Shown here one piece after another: positions 1 through 11,000 of a stretch of DNA of 64,000 nucleotides. The stretch is from a virus: positions 32,001 through 96,000 of IMG/VR virus record IMGVR_UViG_3300035670_000014; one strand, 5' to 3'. The position numbers and the translations under genes were made by a program. Within the stretch, counting starts at the first letter, position 1; every line of letters starts with the position of its first letter. A model generated the notes under the pieces. The model made no database searches. It was not told the DNA's origin and worked only from the letters and a program-made list of their open reading frames with translations.

Positions 1-2
1 TC

Positions 3-980
3 AAAAGATACCATAATGAAAGTACATATGAATTTAAGAAGAGAGTTCTGGATACCTTTATCCATCGAGGGAATCCAAGTGGCTATGGAGTTGTATCTAC
101 AACTTCAAGAGCATTAGGAACACCAATAAGGACCTGGTTTTCCTTAAAGAGGAAAACAGACGAAGACGGGGTAGTCCTTAATCCCTATGCCGGAATAATC
201 ATAACCAATATCTCCATACAGTTCTATGAAGATGTAACTGGTGAAATACCAACTGATGAATTCTTCTTTGTAAAGAAAGATGACAAGTATCTAAACACTT
301 GGTGGTATGCTTCTGAGTTGATTGAGTATATATCTGATTCAGATACCTGGGAGTTTGATATTGAAATCAAACCGGGAGAAGAATCAAAGCTTTTACAGTT
401 TCTTGTTCCTTCTAATTCTTTTGTAAGAGGTCAGTCATTTGTCGGGAATACAGGAATGACCTACTTACCAAGAGAGTTCTCTTACCTTTCAGAAACACTA
501 CAAACCAATAGTGAATATCTAGTTAATCGTGTAGAGTCATTTGAAGAAGTTCTAGAAATTGGAGATTACTTTTTTGATGAAGTACAAAAAATAATCTATA
601 CAAAGGAAGCCGACAGGCGAGCTACATTTAACTTTTCAGTTGATACATTTGTAAATGAGTATTTTGTAGAGATTGCGCCGATATCATATAAGCCATTATG
701 CGATGCTAAGTTTAGAGAGCTCTTTACTGAGAGAGTTATTGGAGTTGATAACATCAACATAGAAGGCTTGTATTTGATGAATAATTGGCTGTTCTACGTC
801 CTTGAATCCATGAAGGTAGACAAGACCATGTGGATAGCAAAGGACGCAAATAAAAGCTCAATAGACGTCTATGGGGAGTCAAGAATTTCTGCAACTCTAC
901 TTGATGAAGTAGAAGAATTTTACTTCAGTAAACCGAATGAAAACTTTAGAAACCTCCTGAGCAGATATGGAAGTCGTTAA
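3..980 (+). CDS. Virion structural protein (baseplate/tail), 5'-truncated by the window edge
   Basis: The frame of the listed ORF 318..980 is open back to position 3 (KRYHNESTYEFKKRVLDTFIHRGNPSGYG...). The R-x3-E-x4-F-x2-R-I/V...G-N...G pattern resembles phage baseplate/tail proteins. Overlaps the next gene. Confidence 0.6.
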   Translation, partial: KRYHNESTYEFKKRVLDTFIHRGNPSGYGVVSTTSRALGTPIRTWFSLKRKTDEDGVVLNPYAGIIITNISIQFYEDVTGEIPTDEFFFVKKDDKYLNTWWYASELIEYISDSDTWEFDIEIKPGEESKLLQFLVPSNSFVRGQSFVGNTGMTYLPREFSYLSETLQTNSEYLVNRVESFEEVLEIGDYFFDEVQKIIYTKEADRRATFNFSVDTFVNEYFVEIAPISYKPLCDAKFRELFTERVIGVDNINIEGLYLMNNWLFYVLESMKVDKTMWIAKDANKSSIDVYGESRISATLLDEVEEFYFSKPNENFRNLLSRYGSR

Positions 981-3816
981 CCTGGAAGTAAAGATACATT
1001 CAAATGTATATGTAGAACAAATACCTGTATCTATTCCATACATTGAATTGAATCCTGATTTAGTGTCAGTGGATATAAGAGATGTTTTTCCTTCTCGGAG
1101 GCTAGAAGATACATTAGTTGGTGGAAATTATGTAAACATACCTAGGGAAAAGTATCCATATCTAATAGAAGAACAGTACCTGGAAAAGGGTGTAAGTAGC
1201 ATTATTGACTGCAAACTTCTAGAGCTAAAAGAAGTTTCTATTGAAAAGAAAGAGATAGAGCCAATTGTTAACGCTGGCTTTTATGTTTATGGTGAAGAGA
1301 AAAGATACCTATATCCAGATTGCTCTACAATCACTACTTCAGAAGAAGTAGATGTAGTAGATGGATTAGAAGAACATCCAATATCAGTTGCAATATTTAA
1401 AAGAAATTCAAGGCTTGAGCCTGTTATTCACAGGGAGTCACTTCAGGTCTATGATGAGGAATGGTTGGGCGATCTGGAAATAGAAGGGAGAAGTGATATA
1501 TCTTTTAACTCCCTTGATCAGTTTTCACTGGATATAGAAACAGGAGAAATTACCTTTAATAAGGTAATTGAAGAAGCAGTTCCACCTAGTGTAGATTTAT
1601 TAGACCCAGCTGTAACATATCCTGTTTTTTCTGAGTACCTAGAATTGGTAGGTACAAGTGATGGGCTTGGGTGTCAAGGTTTCTATACAAAGTACCTTCC
1701 CATTTCAAAAAGAAAACAAACTGAAACTCAGTTGATTATGTATGTTTTCCCACCAGGAATAACAGAAGAAACAACACTAAGTGATGCTGAGATCTGGTAT
1801 CCGGTAGATGATCTTCGAGAATATGATGGGACTGCTAAAGTTTTCTATGCAGACTATGACTTAGGATTCCTTCACATAGGAGGATTACTGGGTGAGAACG
1901 ACACGCTTCTATCTACTTGGTATCCAGATAGCCCTGAGGGGTTGACTTCAATTAGTATAGTAAATCCAGAAAGACACCCTGATAAGGGTGTTATTTTAAT
2001 TGAAGGCATTAAGGTTTTCTTTAAAGGAAAAATAGGACACAGACTTCTGATCGAAAAAATAGAAGGGGAAATAACAGTAGATGCTTTTGAAGCCGGGACA
2101 GAAGTTAAATACATACACACAGGAATGGTTCCTGAAGAAGGCAGCCTATGTTATGTTAGCTATGTTGCAATTCCTAGAATTGAATATGTAGATAAGAAGT
2201 ATATAAATGCAAAGTGCTCAAGGCCCGGGTCTTACAGTAGCAAAGTTTATCTGAAGAATAATGAGTCTATACTGGTAATAGGAAAAGATGTAGATCAAGC
2301 TATGTCCATTACACTTGAGGCTATGAATTTAAATTCATTAACGTTAAGTGGAGTGATGTATTATGGGCCTTTATCTTATGATGAAAATACAGTCTTACTA
2401 AGAGGCAGGGTATTAGATGGAAATGGGAATCCTGTTATAGAAGCTGAAGTAGAAGTATTTAGCCTAAATGGACTAGGTACATTCTATGGAGAAGACAGCA
2501 TAACTGTCTTTACTGATGACGAGGGTTATTTCTATACATCAATGTACATAGAAAGTACTGAGCTCTTTCAAGCTTCTTATGCAAGAGCTATAACCTTTGA
2601 AGAAGATGAAGAAGGAAACTGGAATAGTTATCTAGACTTTAATTACCCAGCAACTGCTTATGGAATCCCATCAAGGCTAGAAGAAATTCAGCTTTATACA
2701 GTAACAAAAGATGATGGCTTTACGGGGACTGTAGGTAGATACTATTTCACTCCCATAGAAGACTACTCGGATTATCCTTTTGTAGGATCTGTACTTGGTC
2801 GAGATTACTATCCCTATGATGTTGCAACTGTAGATCAGGCAGTTGGTTCAGGCTATCTTTCTGAACTTGGAACAGGGCCTGGCGCCATTGTTATAATCAA
2901 TCAATTTGAAAATGTAGATCCCAAGTTTTATGAAGATGGAACTCTGTATGTAGCTATAAGCAACAGTCCATATGTAGATGGAACTGAATCAACGCAGATT
3001 AAGAAAAGAAAAATACTAAAAGTATTAAGATACCCAAAACTGTGGGATAGTGAGATTACACCTGTTAGCAACTCTACTAGAATGTCTACATATCTAGTTA
3101 TTCTTGATGCAAGAGCTGTACCTCCTGGTAGATATATAAGAGACTGCTGGTTTGTTTCAAAAGATGAAGTAGAGTGGAACAAAGAAACTCTAGGTGGTAG
3201 GAAGTCAGTAATTAAAGTATTGCAAAATAAAGAGCAATCTAATGGTGAAGATTTTGTTGTAGATGAAAGTATTAGTACGTGGCTAAATCCTCAAGCAGAC
3301 TTGCCACCTCAGTATACTTTCGTACCGGTTACTCCAGCCGAATGGTTGGGTGGTAATAAGTTTAAGTTTACAGGTAAACTGCCTACATGTGAGGTTGCCA
3401 ATAGAAGGGTAAATTTAGGAGCTTATGCTGTCTATCTTGATAAAGTAGCAGAAGTGCAAGCAAGAGTAAAAGATAAATACTGTGTAGGAAAATACTACAA
3501 CAGTAATATAGTAAGGATAATATTTAGCGCCTCAGGCAAAGGAAAGGGAACCCATAGAGTAAATGAAAACTTTGTAGTTCCTTATGGATTTAGGTTGCCA
3601 GATACATATGAGTATTCATCTCTATTAGACGGACCAGTTTACTTAACACTTAACTGGCTGGGTACAAGATCTAACTTTGGCTTGAGTGTAGAAGATGACT
3701 TTAGTGTTCCTAAGATCTCATTTATAAATGAGATGGAAGAAATCGAATATTCGGATAATGAAATTAATCCTTATAATAACTATATAGGCTATCACTTAAC
3801 CATAACGAACTCATAA
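967..3816 (+). CDS. Baseplate wedge-like protein with an Ig-like (Big_1-type) domain
   Basis: GTSDGLGCQGF...WYPVDDL...VFYADYDLGFLHIGG...GMVPEEGSLCYVSY resembles the baseplate assembly/wedge motif. LRGRVLDGNGNPV...TDDEGYF is a typical Ig-like signature. Confidence 0.6.
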   Translation: MEVVNLEVKIHSNVYVEQIPVSIPYIELNPDLVSVDIRDVFPSRRLEDTLVGGNYVNIPREKYPYLIEEQYLEKGVSSIIDCKLLELKEVSIEKKEIEPIVNAGFYVYGEEKRYLYPDCSTITTSEEVDVVDGLEEHPISVAIFKRNSRLEPVIHRESLQVYDEEWLGDLEIEGRSDISFNSLDQFSLDIETGEITFNKVIEEAVPPSVDLLDPAVTYPVFSEYLELVGTSDGLGCQGFYTKYLPISKRKQTETQLIMYVFPPGITEETTLSDAEIWYPVDDLREYDGTAKVFYADYDLGFLHIGGLLGENDTLLSTWYPDSPEGLTSISIVNPERHPDKGVILIEGIKVFFKGKIGHRLLIEKIEGEITVDAFEAGTEVKYIHTGMVPEEGSLCYVSYVAIPRIEYVDKKYINAKCSRPGSYSSKVYLKNNESILVIGKDVDQAMSITLEAMNLNSLTLSGVMYYGPLSYDENTVLLRGRVLDGNGNPVIEAEVEVFSLNGLGTFYGEDSITVFTDDEGYFYTSMYIESTELFQASYARAITFEEDEEGNWNSYLDFNYPATAYGIPSRLEEIQLYTVTKDDGFTGTVGRYYFTPIEDYSDYPFVGSVLGRDYYPYDVATVDQAVGSGYLSELGTGPGAIVIINQFENVDPKFYEDGTLYVAISNSPYVDGTESTQIKKRKILKVLRYPKLWDSEITPVSNSTRMSTYLVILDARAVPPGRYIRDCWFVSKDEVEWNKETLGGRKSVIKVLQNKEQSNGEDFVVDESISTWLNPQADLPPQYTFVPVTPAEWLGGNKFKFTGKLPTCEVANRRVNLGAYAVYLDKVAEVQARVKDKYCVGKYYNSNIVRIIFSASGKGKGTHRVNENFVVPYGFRLPDTYEYSSLLDGPVYLTLNWLGTRSNFGLSVEDDFSVPKISFINEMEEIEYSDNEINPYNNYIGYHLTITNS

Positions 3817-3825
3817 GGCTTTAAG

Positions 3826-6800
3826 ATGTCGGATAAATATACAACTTTGTTTGGGGTAGATGCTTCATTCGTTCAAGGCGAACAGCCAACTCATACAAAA
3901 CTAACTAACATAGTAGCGCTTACTAGAAATGGACTTAGTGAGTTAGAGAAAGTTATTGGTATGACAAGAAACTCTCTACTGGTAGAGAGCACTGGAAATA
4001 CAAGCTGGGTTCCTGTACCTGCTAAAATTAGCTACAGTCCTTCTTATGTAGAGAGCCTTAAGTTAGATTTTCCTTCTAGTATTACTTCAATAGCTAGAGC
4101 TATTGGTCCAATGGGTGCTTTGAATCCTCGTTATCTATCGGGTCAAACTTGGAATAAAGATGACTTAGGCGGAGTGGCACTTGGGGTTCTTCTTAAGAGT
4201 GGTGTAACTGAGCAGCAGCTTCCATTTAAACCTCTTAATGTGAATACAATTCTGCCTGCAGATTTCAGTGGACCTCAGGTAAGCTTAATATTCGCAACAA
4301 GAGTTAGTAATTATGAAGAATCTTTAGAGGTTGGTAAATACTATGTAAGTTCAGAAGGTAGGCTTTTTACTGGAGCACCTGTAAGACCAGGTACAAGGCT
4401 AAGGTATAGTTTTGTTATTGGTGAAGGTGATGGCTATATTGGCTCTGGGTACAACGTAATACCAGACCCATCAATACTTACACTGAGTCTTGAAGAGAGG
4501 GATAACAAGACATTAGACACTTCAAATTATGGAGCTTGCCGTGTTTTAATTTCCTCAATAAATGAAGAAGCATTAGTTGTTGATATACTCCTACCGGAAG
4601 TAATATCTACACCGTTTTCTAAATTAAGCGCAAGTCATGAAGTTGAAGACTCAGATCCAGTAGGTAAGATTGATGAGGGCCTACCTGATCTTAGAAGGTA
4701 CAGCCTTCCTGACTTGTATCCTTCTTCCGGTTACATAGAAGATAACACTATGTACCTGTACTATACTGAGATAGGAAAGGTAATACCAGAAGCTAGATTT
4801 GAAAGAATCAGTGAATTTGTAATTAGGGCGTATTTACCAGCTCGATATAAAACAATAGTCAGAGCAGATGATGGAGAGCTATTTAATGTAGAAGGGCTAT
4901 CAAATACAAAGCATTTCTTCCTAATTACTAATGGAACTCAACTTGCTCCCCTAGTAGGTAAGCTAAGGCTTGAAATGGAAGAGCACTCCCATAACGGTCT
5001 AGATTCAGTCAGAGTGTCACATAGTGATTTAACTAATGTAAATCATATTACTCCATCTTTGCCAGCTCAATTAAGTATCTATTCAAATATAACAGGAGCA
5101 GCGCCTAATAAATCTATAACTCTAGATGGACTTCCTAGTAATTCAACTTTCTGGTTTAATAGGAAACTTAGCAAGGGTGATTTTCTTGAAGAGAATCCTC
5201 ATCCTTACTATTTGCATAGGCTAGGTTATCTTGGTGGTGGTACAGATGGAATCTACGCTGCAATGAATGCTCCAGGACTAGGAGCTTCACTTGGTAATGG
5301 TTTCACAGGTGACCTTGTTCTAATGCCTGTTAGTAAGAATCTAGATTATGAAGATACAGATCAGGCCTATTATAGTTGGGAATCTACAGAAGGCATAGAT
5401 TATTTAAAAAATAATTCAGCATCACACTCTCTTTGGTTTGGTCTTCCTTGGGAAGTTAATGCATTAGGTTCAACTGAAGCAATAAATCAAAGGCAAAGAA
5501 ATGGTTCTGTAAGAATGTACTTTGATCCCTGGATTAAAGTAATGGGTTTTACTTCTAGCTCTGCTCCTGCAAATGAACCTTTTGCAACTGAAGGATTGGG
5601 AATACTAAATACTGGAACTATAGGAGACGATGTATTTAGTAATAGCGTATTTGAAAATGCAATCAAAGGATTAAATATTCAAAGAGGAAACTTCTTCTTT
5701 GGTTATAACGAAGATAAATTCCTCAGTACAACAGAAAGGGCTAAAGGTAAATCAAGCTTTAATATTCTTGCTTCTGAGTTTAATGCAGTAGTAACTGCAA
5801 ATAAAAAAGCAACACAGTCTGGCGAAGTAAGATGGAAAGGTCAATCTGGTAACCGATCTGGGTTTGCAGTTAAGGCGATTGAAGGATCAAGTATTAACTT
5901 CTCAGTAGGTGGATTAACTGGAACAGCTGGTAATGATAACGTCAATACAGCATCACTTAGTAACTATTTTACTCCTGGAATTGAACTTGCAGGTTCATTT
6001 ACAGTAGAAGCTGCATTTGGAAATCAGTTAATATCCTTAGTAAAAGGACATGGTTCTGGAATTCTAATGTCTCCCGGTACAGGAACAACAAGGCTATTCC
6101 CCTGGCAATTAAAGTCTTTATTAATACCAATGGATGACTATTTACTGCCAACAAAATATGCAGGATGGAAGCACCTTGAAGAGATTAATAATAATTTTAT
6201 ATTTAATAACTCTCAGAATTTAGGTGGAGTTGGACATATATTTGCTATACTAGATTCTGCAGCAATAGAAAGTTATTTAACTTTTGCTAAGAATGTCGAC
6301 TTAACCGAGTCAGTTAAAAATAAAAACTCCTTCCCTTTTGGGAAGTTAATCCTTGAAGGTAGCTCTGGTATTGACTTACTTGTAAGCAGAGGTACCTATT
6401 CATCTAGTGTAGCTGGAATACTAAATGTATTAGATCTTAGCGAAGTAAGATTCTGGGCAAGAGAAGATCTAAAGGGAGACATAGATAATCAAATTCGAGA
6501 CAACCATGCAGTAGGGGCAAACCTTAATTTAATGTATGGATATGGAAAAGCTTATTCTAAGTTTGCGGTTAGCCTTCCCTGGACTGGAAGTGAAGAAGAT
6601 ATTAAAGGTTTAAAAGTACAAAACTTAGAATCAAACAGTGGAGGAATTAATCCCTGGACTTCATTAAGGACTGAAGGTTTAAATTCCTGGACCAATAAGG
6701 ATACAAGGGGATCTCAAATAAGACAGGCTTCATTTATAGAAGCAATGGAAGGATTTAGAAACGATCCGAACCAGCCTTTTACTGTATCTTATAAATTACC

Positions 6801-7953
6801 ATTTAGAGTAATTCAAAGACTTGATTGGATTAGTAATGGTTATACTACTGAACATGGAGTAGCAGTGGCAGCGTGGAGCGACCTTGGGGGAGTAACTACA
6901 GCTACCGGAGGAGGAGCACTTACACTAAAACAAGTGTTTATTCCTTCGGCTATTATAGGGAGTTTTCCAATAGCTAAACAAAGAGTCATTACTGATGATA
7001 TAGAAAATTATGATCCTAACTTAGGATACACAGTGAATCCTGCAATAAATGTTTCTTGTTATAAGAATCAGCCGGCTATTCAAAATGGAAGGTTTGTATT
7101 TAGTAGATCAGATACTCCAATTGATGACTTAGGTTATGGGGTATTTGTAGATCAAATAATAAGATATTATGATTTTCAAGATTGGGCCGCTTCTGGATAT
7201 GAAGGGAACTTTATACCAGGACAAAGTTTAATAGATTTTAAAGTAGATCTAAACTACTCAAAGCTTGTATATGGAGACAGTACAAGTGGAAACTATGGAA
7301 AATCAATACCTTATTCTCAAAATGTAGATCTTGATGATTTTACTTCTGAAGATGAAGAGAGTCTTAATTCTTACATATCTGGAAAACATTACTCTGTGAT
7401 AAGGGGAGTTGATTTAACAAATCCATCAAGAGATGGAGGTGTAGTTATTAGATCAATCGGATCAAGTTCTGGATTAGCTTCAAGTGCAGCATTAGATGGA
7501 AGTAGTTCCTGGGCAGCAAGTGCAACACAAGAACCATTTAAAGCATCCCTAATGCTAGGGAATATTAAGTTAAATGGAGATGATGACTACAAAGGAAGTG
7601 ATTCAATAGGACACGATCAATGGTTACTTTATCTTGATAAGATTAAGTCAAGTATTGATCCTGATGTTGCTTTGATTAAGCCGCAGTATAATGGGGAAAA
7701 AGATGAAGGTGGAACTCTTAATGTTCCTCAGCTAGCCTGGTTCTTGCAGCTAGAAGGTGAGCCTAAAATGGAAGACTATTCACTTCATAGGTTTGCTCCT
7801 TATGAGTTATTTATGAGTTCAAATGGAAAAGAGCATGGACTCGGACCTGGAGCACAACTAATGTTAGCATTTGATGGATATGTGACTTTAACCTTCAGAA
7901 CACTAGGTGGAACTCCTCCGGCTAGTTCTGGAGTAGTAACTCAACCTTCTTAA
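3826..7953 (+). CDS. Large tail/tail-fibre-like virion protein (1375 aa)
   Basis: Gly/Ser/Asn-rich, with HSHNG...SHSDL and NPHPYY motifs of the kind seen in fibre proteins. Lies in the structural operon. Confidence 0.5.
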   Translation: MSDKYTTLFGVDASFVQGEQPTHTKLTNIVALTRNGLSELEKVIGMTRNSLLVESTGNTSWVPVPAKISYSPSYVESLKLDFPSSITSIARAIGPMGALNPRYLSGQTWNKDDLGGVALGVLLKSGVTEQQLPFKPLNVNTILPADFSGPQVSLIFATRVSNYEESLEVGKYYVSSEGRLFTGAPVRPGTRLRYSFVIGEGDGYIGSGYNVIPDPSILTLSLEERDNKTLDTSNYGACRVLISSINEEALVVDILLPEVISTPFSKLSASHEVEDSDPVGKIDEGLPDLRRYSLPDLYPSSGYIEDNTMYLYYTEIGKVIPEARFERISEFVIRAYLPARYKTIVRADDGELFNVEGLSNTKHFFLITNGTQLAPLVGKLRLEMEEHSHNGLDSVRVSHSDLTNVNHITPSLPAQLSIYSNITGAAPNKSITLDGLPSNSTFWFNRKLSKGDFLEENPHPYYLHRLGYLGGGTDGIYAAMNAPGLGASLGNGFTGDLVLMPVSKNLDYEDTDQAYYSWESTEGIDYLKNNSASHSLWFGLPWEVNALGSTEAINQRQRNGSVRMYFDPWIKVMGFTSSSAPANEPFATEGLGILNTGTIGDDVFSNSVFENAIKGLNIQRGNFFFGYNEDKFLSTTERAKGKSSFNILASEFNAVVTANKKATQSGEVRWKGQSGNRSGFAVKAIEGSSINFSVGGLTGTAGNDNVNTASLSNYFTPGIELAGSFTVEAAFGNQLISLVKGHGSGILMSPGTGTTRLFPWQLKSLLIPMDDYLLPTKYAGWKHLEEINNNFIFNNSQNLGGVGHIFAILDSAAIESYLTFAKNVDLTESVKNKNSFPFGKLILEGSSGIDLLVSRGTYSSSVAGILNVLDLSEVRFWAREDLKGDIDNQIRDNHAVGANLNLMYGYGKAYSKFAVSLPWTGSEEDIKGLKVQNLESNSGGINPWTSLRTEGLNSWTNKDTRGSQIRQASFIEAMEGFRNDPNQPFTVSYKLPFRVIQRLDWISNGYTTEHGVAVAAWSDLGGVTTATGGGALTLKQVFIPSAIIGSFPIAKQRVITDDIENYDPNLGYTVNPAINVSCYKNQPAIQNGRFVFSRSDTPIDDLGYGVFVDQIIRYYDFQDWAASGYEGNFIPGQSLIDFKVDLNYSKLVYGDSTSGNYGKSIPYSQNVDLDDFTSEDEESLNSYISGKHYSVIRGVDLTNPSRDGGVVIRSIGSSSGLASSAALDGSSSWAASATQEPFKASLMLGNIKLNGDDDYKGSDSIGHDQWLLYLDKIKSSIDPDVALIKPQYNGEKDEGGTLNVPQLAWFLQLEGEPKMEDYSLHRFAPYELFMSSNGKEHGLGPGAQLMLAFDGYVTLTFRTLGGTPPASSGVVTQPS

Positions 7954-7968
7954 TTCAATACTTATCCC

Positions 7969-9969
7969 ATGACAGATGTTATATATAGTCTATCTATCTC
8001 TAGGGATATAGAGGCCAGTACTCCTACCTATAATCAAGTAGGTAAGTATCTGGAAAACTTTACCTATAGGAAGAGAGTAACCAGAGAAACTCAGCTAAGC
8101 TTTCTTAGCTTTGAGAAAGTCAATAAGACTAATCTTGTAGGTCATCTTAACCTTAATAGGTTTAAGTATAAAAATAGCCTGCAAAAAAGAACTGAGTCCT
8201 CAACAATAAGAAGTAAATCTAGATACATCCTTATTACAAATCAGTCCATTATTAAAAATGGATATAGTGTAGGTCTATTCCATGGAATGAAAATAAATGG
8301 AAGCTATCTAGGGTACGAATCAGACCTAAAAGAAGTAGATATAAAGTATGACCGAACTACTAATACTGTATGGACCAATACTCCTTCTGAATGGGATCCA
8401 GTAAATGAAAGATTTACAGGAATAAATATTCTCGTTAAAGAAGGAGAAGAAGTAAAAACTTATCTGTTCAATAGTCACCCTATTTTTAGAGAAGCAACAA
8501 TAGAAGACATAGATCCTGAAACTTCATTATTCTATGAAGATAGAATGATATATACAGTTGAGTATGATGCATTTGATGATTCCTATATCTATACGATTGT
8601 AAACGGAAGTGGTCCCTGGTTTTATAAAGAGCAAGCTGGATCAACTATCGAGCTAAAGAATGATGGCATGCAGGATGCGCAAGAGCCATGGTTCCCCTCT
8701 TATACACTTGGCGAAGTAAGAAGAGTAATAGATGGATCTACTTATTTCTACTCAACCGGAGAAATGGATTCACTAGTTTATAATCCAAGATTTCCATTTC
8801 AAGCTCAGAAGGAAAGCGCTAAGATTATAGGACCAAATCTAATAAAGCTAGATAGAAGCAACATAGTAATAAGACCAGAACAGAGACTTAACATTGACTT
8901 GATTGTTTTTAACAATCTAGGTAGCTTAAAGTTTGCCCTTACATCAGATCCTAGAAAAAATGGTCAAATTTATAATGCAAGTCAAAGAATAAAGTGGCAA
9001 TCTGTTGATTACAGGTATGACAGTTTTAATAGCGTAGTAGAAATATCCTGGGGAAATAGGTTGCTAAGTTCAGACTATATAGAAGCTACCTACCCTCATA
9101 CATCCTACTGCCAAGATGTAGTTAGTTTAAATCTTAACCCTAGGTATAATCCTAGGATTATGAATCATATCTATATTACATACCTTAAACCAGGAACAGG
9201 AAAGAAAGTTGAATGGGTGGAATTAATATTAGATACTGAAAATACCTATAGAATAACAAGGTATTCTGGAGAGCTTCCCCTTGCTATTGGGTCGCTTATT
9301 TCTATAGACTATGAAAACTCAACTTTTGTATCTGAGTCTGAAGGTGTAGATGGAAGCGAAATAGGAACATACTTAATATTAGATATGTTCCAGTTTACCA
9401 ATCCTCTTAGTTCAAGCAAAGCATATCTAAAGGATATTAGATTAAGGAATGGCCTTTCCCTGGACAAGGAGCTAGAGATTCTAAAGAAGAATCCTGTGCT
9501 CTGGCAGTTTAAGGAATTCTCGGAAAAGAATATTGAGTATAGTGATAAGTTTTTCTCTATTGTTGCAATAGACGCCGATGAAGTGCTAGCTCCAAAAGAG
9601 CAGCACCGAGAGATACTTGAGAAGCTGGTACCAATTGGACACGGCTTATATATTGAGTATCCAGAAGAACAAGTAGAAATAGTAAAAGCTGTAAGTGCAT
9701 ATGAAGATCAAATAGATGTAACAATCTATTCAAGATTAGATTCTTCTGTTTATTCCCTTGGGCTTACAGAACTTGGCATGCCAATAAACTTAGAAGAGGA
9801 TCTAATTATTACTTCTCCTTCAATCCTTCTAGAAGAAGGAAGAGAGCTAACGCTCAGATTTAATGTTGCAGATATTGTTAATTTAGCTGCTTGCTACTTG
9901 ATAGTTTCTGAAAATGAGAAAATACTTACAAGTAATATCTTTTATATAAAGGTTAGAAATGAAATCTAA
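7969..9969 (+). CDS. Putative virion structural protein
   Basis: 666-aa ORF coupled within the structural operon; no diagnostic motif recognised. Confidence 0.5.
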   Translation: MTDVIYSLSISRDIEASTPTYNQVGKYLENFTYRKRVTRETQLSFLSFEKVNKTNLVGHLNLNRFKYKNSLQKRTESSTIRSKSRYILITNQSIIKNGYSVGLFHGMKINGSYLGYESDLKEVDIKYDRTTNTVWTNTPSEWDPVNERFTGINILVKEGEEVKTYLFNSHPIFREATIEDIDPETSLFYEDRMIYTVEYDAFDDSYIYTIVNGSGPWFYKEQAGSTIELKNDGMQDAQEPWFPSYTLGEVRRVIDGSTYFYSTGEMDSLVYNPRFPFQAQKESAKIIGPNLIKLDRSNIVIRPEQRLNIDLIVFNNLGSLKFALTSDPRKNGQIYNASQRIKWQSVDYRYDSFNSVVEISWGNRLLSSDYIEATYPHTSYCQDVVSLNLNPRYNPRIMNHIYITYLKPGTGKKVEWVELILDTENTYRITRYSGELPLAIGSLISIDYENSTFVSESEGVDGSEIGTYLILDMFQFTNPLSSSKAYLKDIRLRNGLSLDKELEILKKNPVLWQFKEFSEKNIEYSDKFFSIVAIDADEVLAPKEQHREILEKLVPIGHGLYIEYPEEQVEIVKAVSAYEDQIDVTIYSRLDSSVYSLGLTELGMPINLEEDLIITSPSILLEEGRELTLRFNVADIVNLAACYLIVSENEKILTSNIFYIKVRNEI

Positions 9970-10603
9970 TATTCAACTATCCTGGCAATCAGCTGCTGAA
10001 ATCGGTGGTGTAGTAGATCTTGTTGTTGATAATAAATCTAATTCAATAAACTCATCAGGAACCATAGCTGAAAGAACCTGGACAGAGTTATACTGGTTAA
10101 AGAACCTAGGAAGGACTATAGTCGACATAGCAGACCCTGTAGCCTATAACTGTGGGTTTTATCTTGATAAGCTTCCATCATTTGATTCTCTTGATATAAG
10201 CTTGCCAGAGATATTAAGCTGGTCAAATATTATTGACCCAGGCGATGATTTACCTTGTGGTGTTTTTACTATCTTTGGATTTGATGAGTCAAATGAAAGC
10301 TACATAGAGAAGTATTTAGATGGAGCCATTACATCTGAAGAAATGTATTTTTTCTCTCATAACTGGATTCAAGGCCAGTCAAGAATAGATCAAATACCCT
10401 TAAGTACATCAAAGCGATATTTAAATACCGCTAGCTACATTCAAAGTGATGAGCTTGAAGGAGTAGGAGAAACTTTCTCAAGTAATGAGTATGATGAAAA
10501 AGCAGGAATACTAAGAGTAATGGTTTTGATTAGAGTTCCCAGTGGAATAGAAGCTAAGAAGCTGTCATTCGTACATAAGATTGGATATGATGAAAAAGCA
10601 TGA
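9959..10603 (+). CDS. Putative virion structural protein
   Basis: 214-aa ORF overlapping both neighbours; beta-rich composition. Confidence 0.45.
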   Translation: MKSNIQLSWQSAAEIGGVVDLVVDNKSNSINSSGTIAERTWTELYWLKNLGRTIVDIADPVAYNCGFYLDKLPSFDSLDISLPEILSWSNIIDPGDDLPCGVFTIFGFDESNESYIEKYLDGAITSEEMYFFSHNWIQGQSRIDQIPLSTSKRYLNTASYIQSDELEGVGETFSSNEYDEKAGILRVMVLIRVPSGIEAKKLSFVHKIGYDEKA

Positions 10604-11000
10604 AGTCAATTGGACAAAATATACGGAAGACGGTAGAAGGGTTTCTAATGCTGATCTTTCTGTATTGGATAATGATACTGATCTGGTTAATCTTACAGTC
10701 TACTACAACATCACGGAATTCTCGATAGGTCTTAGTGGGAAATACAATCTGTTCCATATGTACACAATGGACACATTAAACAACTCAAAAAGTCTATGTG
10801 GTGTAAAGGTTGAGGTTTTACTAAAAGAAGAAGTAGATAATATTTACTTTAGAAGAATAGGAAGCAAAGTTCTCATTTCTTCAGATAAGGTTGAAGAGAG
10901 TCCTCTTTTTGAAGCGGCTCAAAAGCAACCAATGAAAGGAAATAAAAAAATAACAATATTCCTATATCCATCTGGCAGGATTAAATGGAGAACTAAATGA
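10581..11000 (+). CDS. Hypothetical protein
   Basis: ORF in operon; the real start may be ATG at 10587 or 10590; overlaps the next start codon. Confidence 0.5.
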   Translation: MDMMKKHEVNWTKYTEDGRRVSNADLSVLDNDTDLVNLTVYYNITEFSIGLSGKYNLFHMYTMDTLNNSKSLCGVKVEVLLKEEVDNIYFRRIGSKVLISSDKVEESPLFEAAQKQPMKGNKKITIFLYPSGRIKWRTK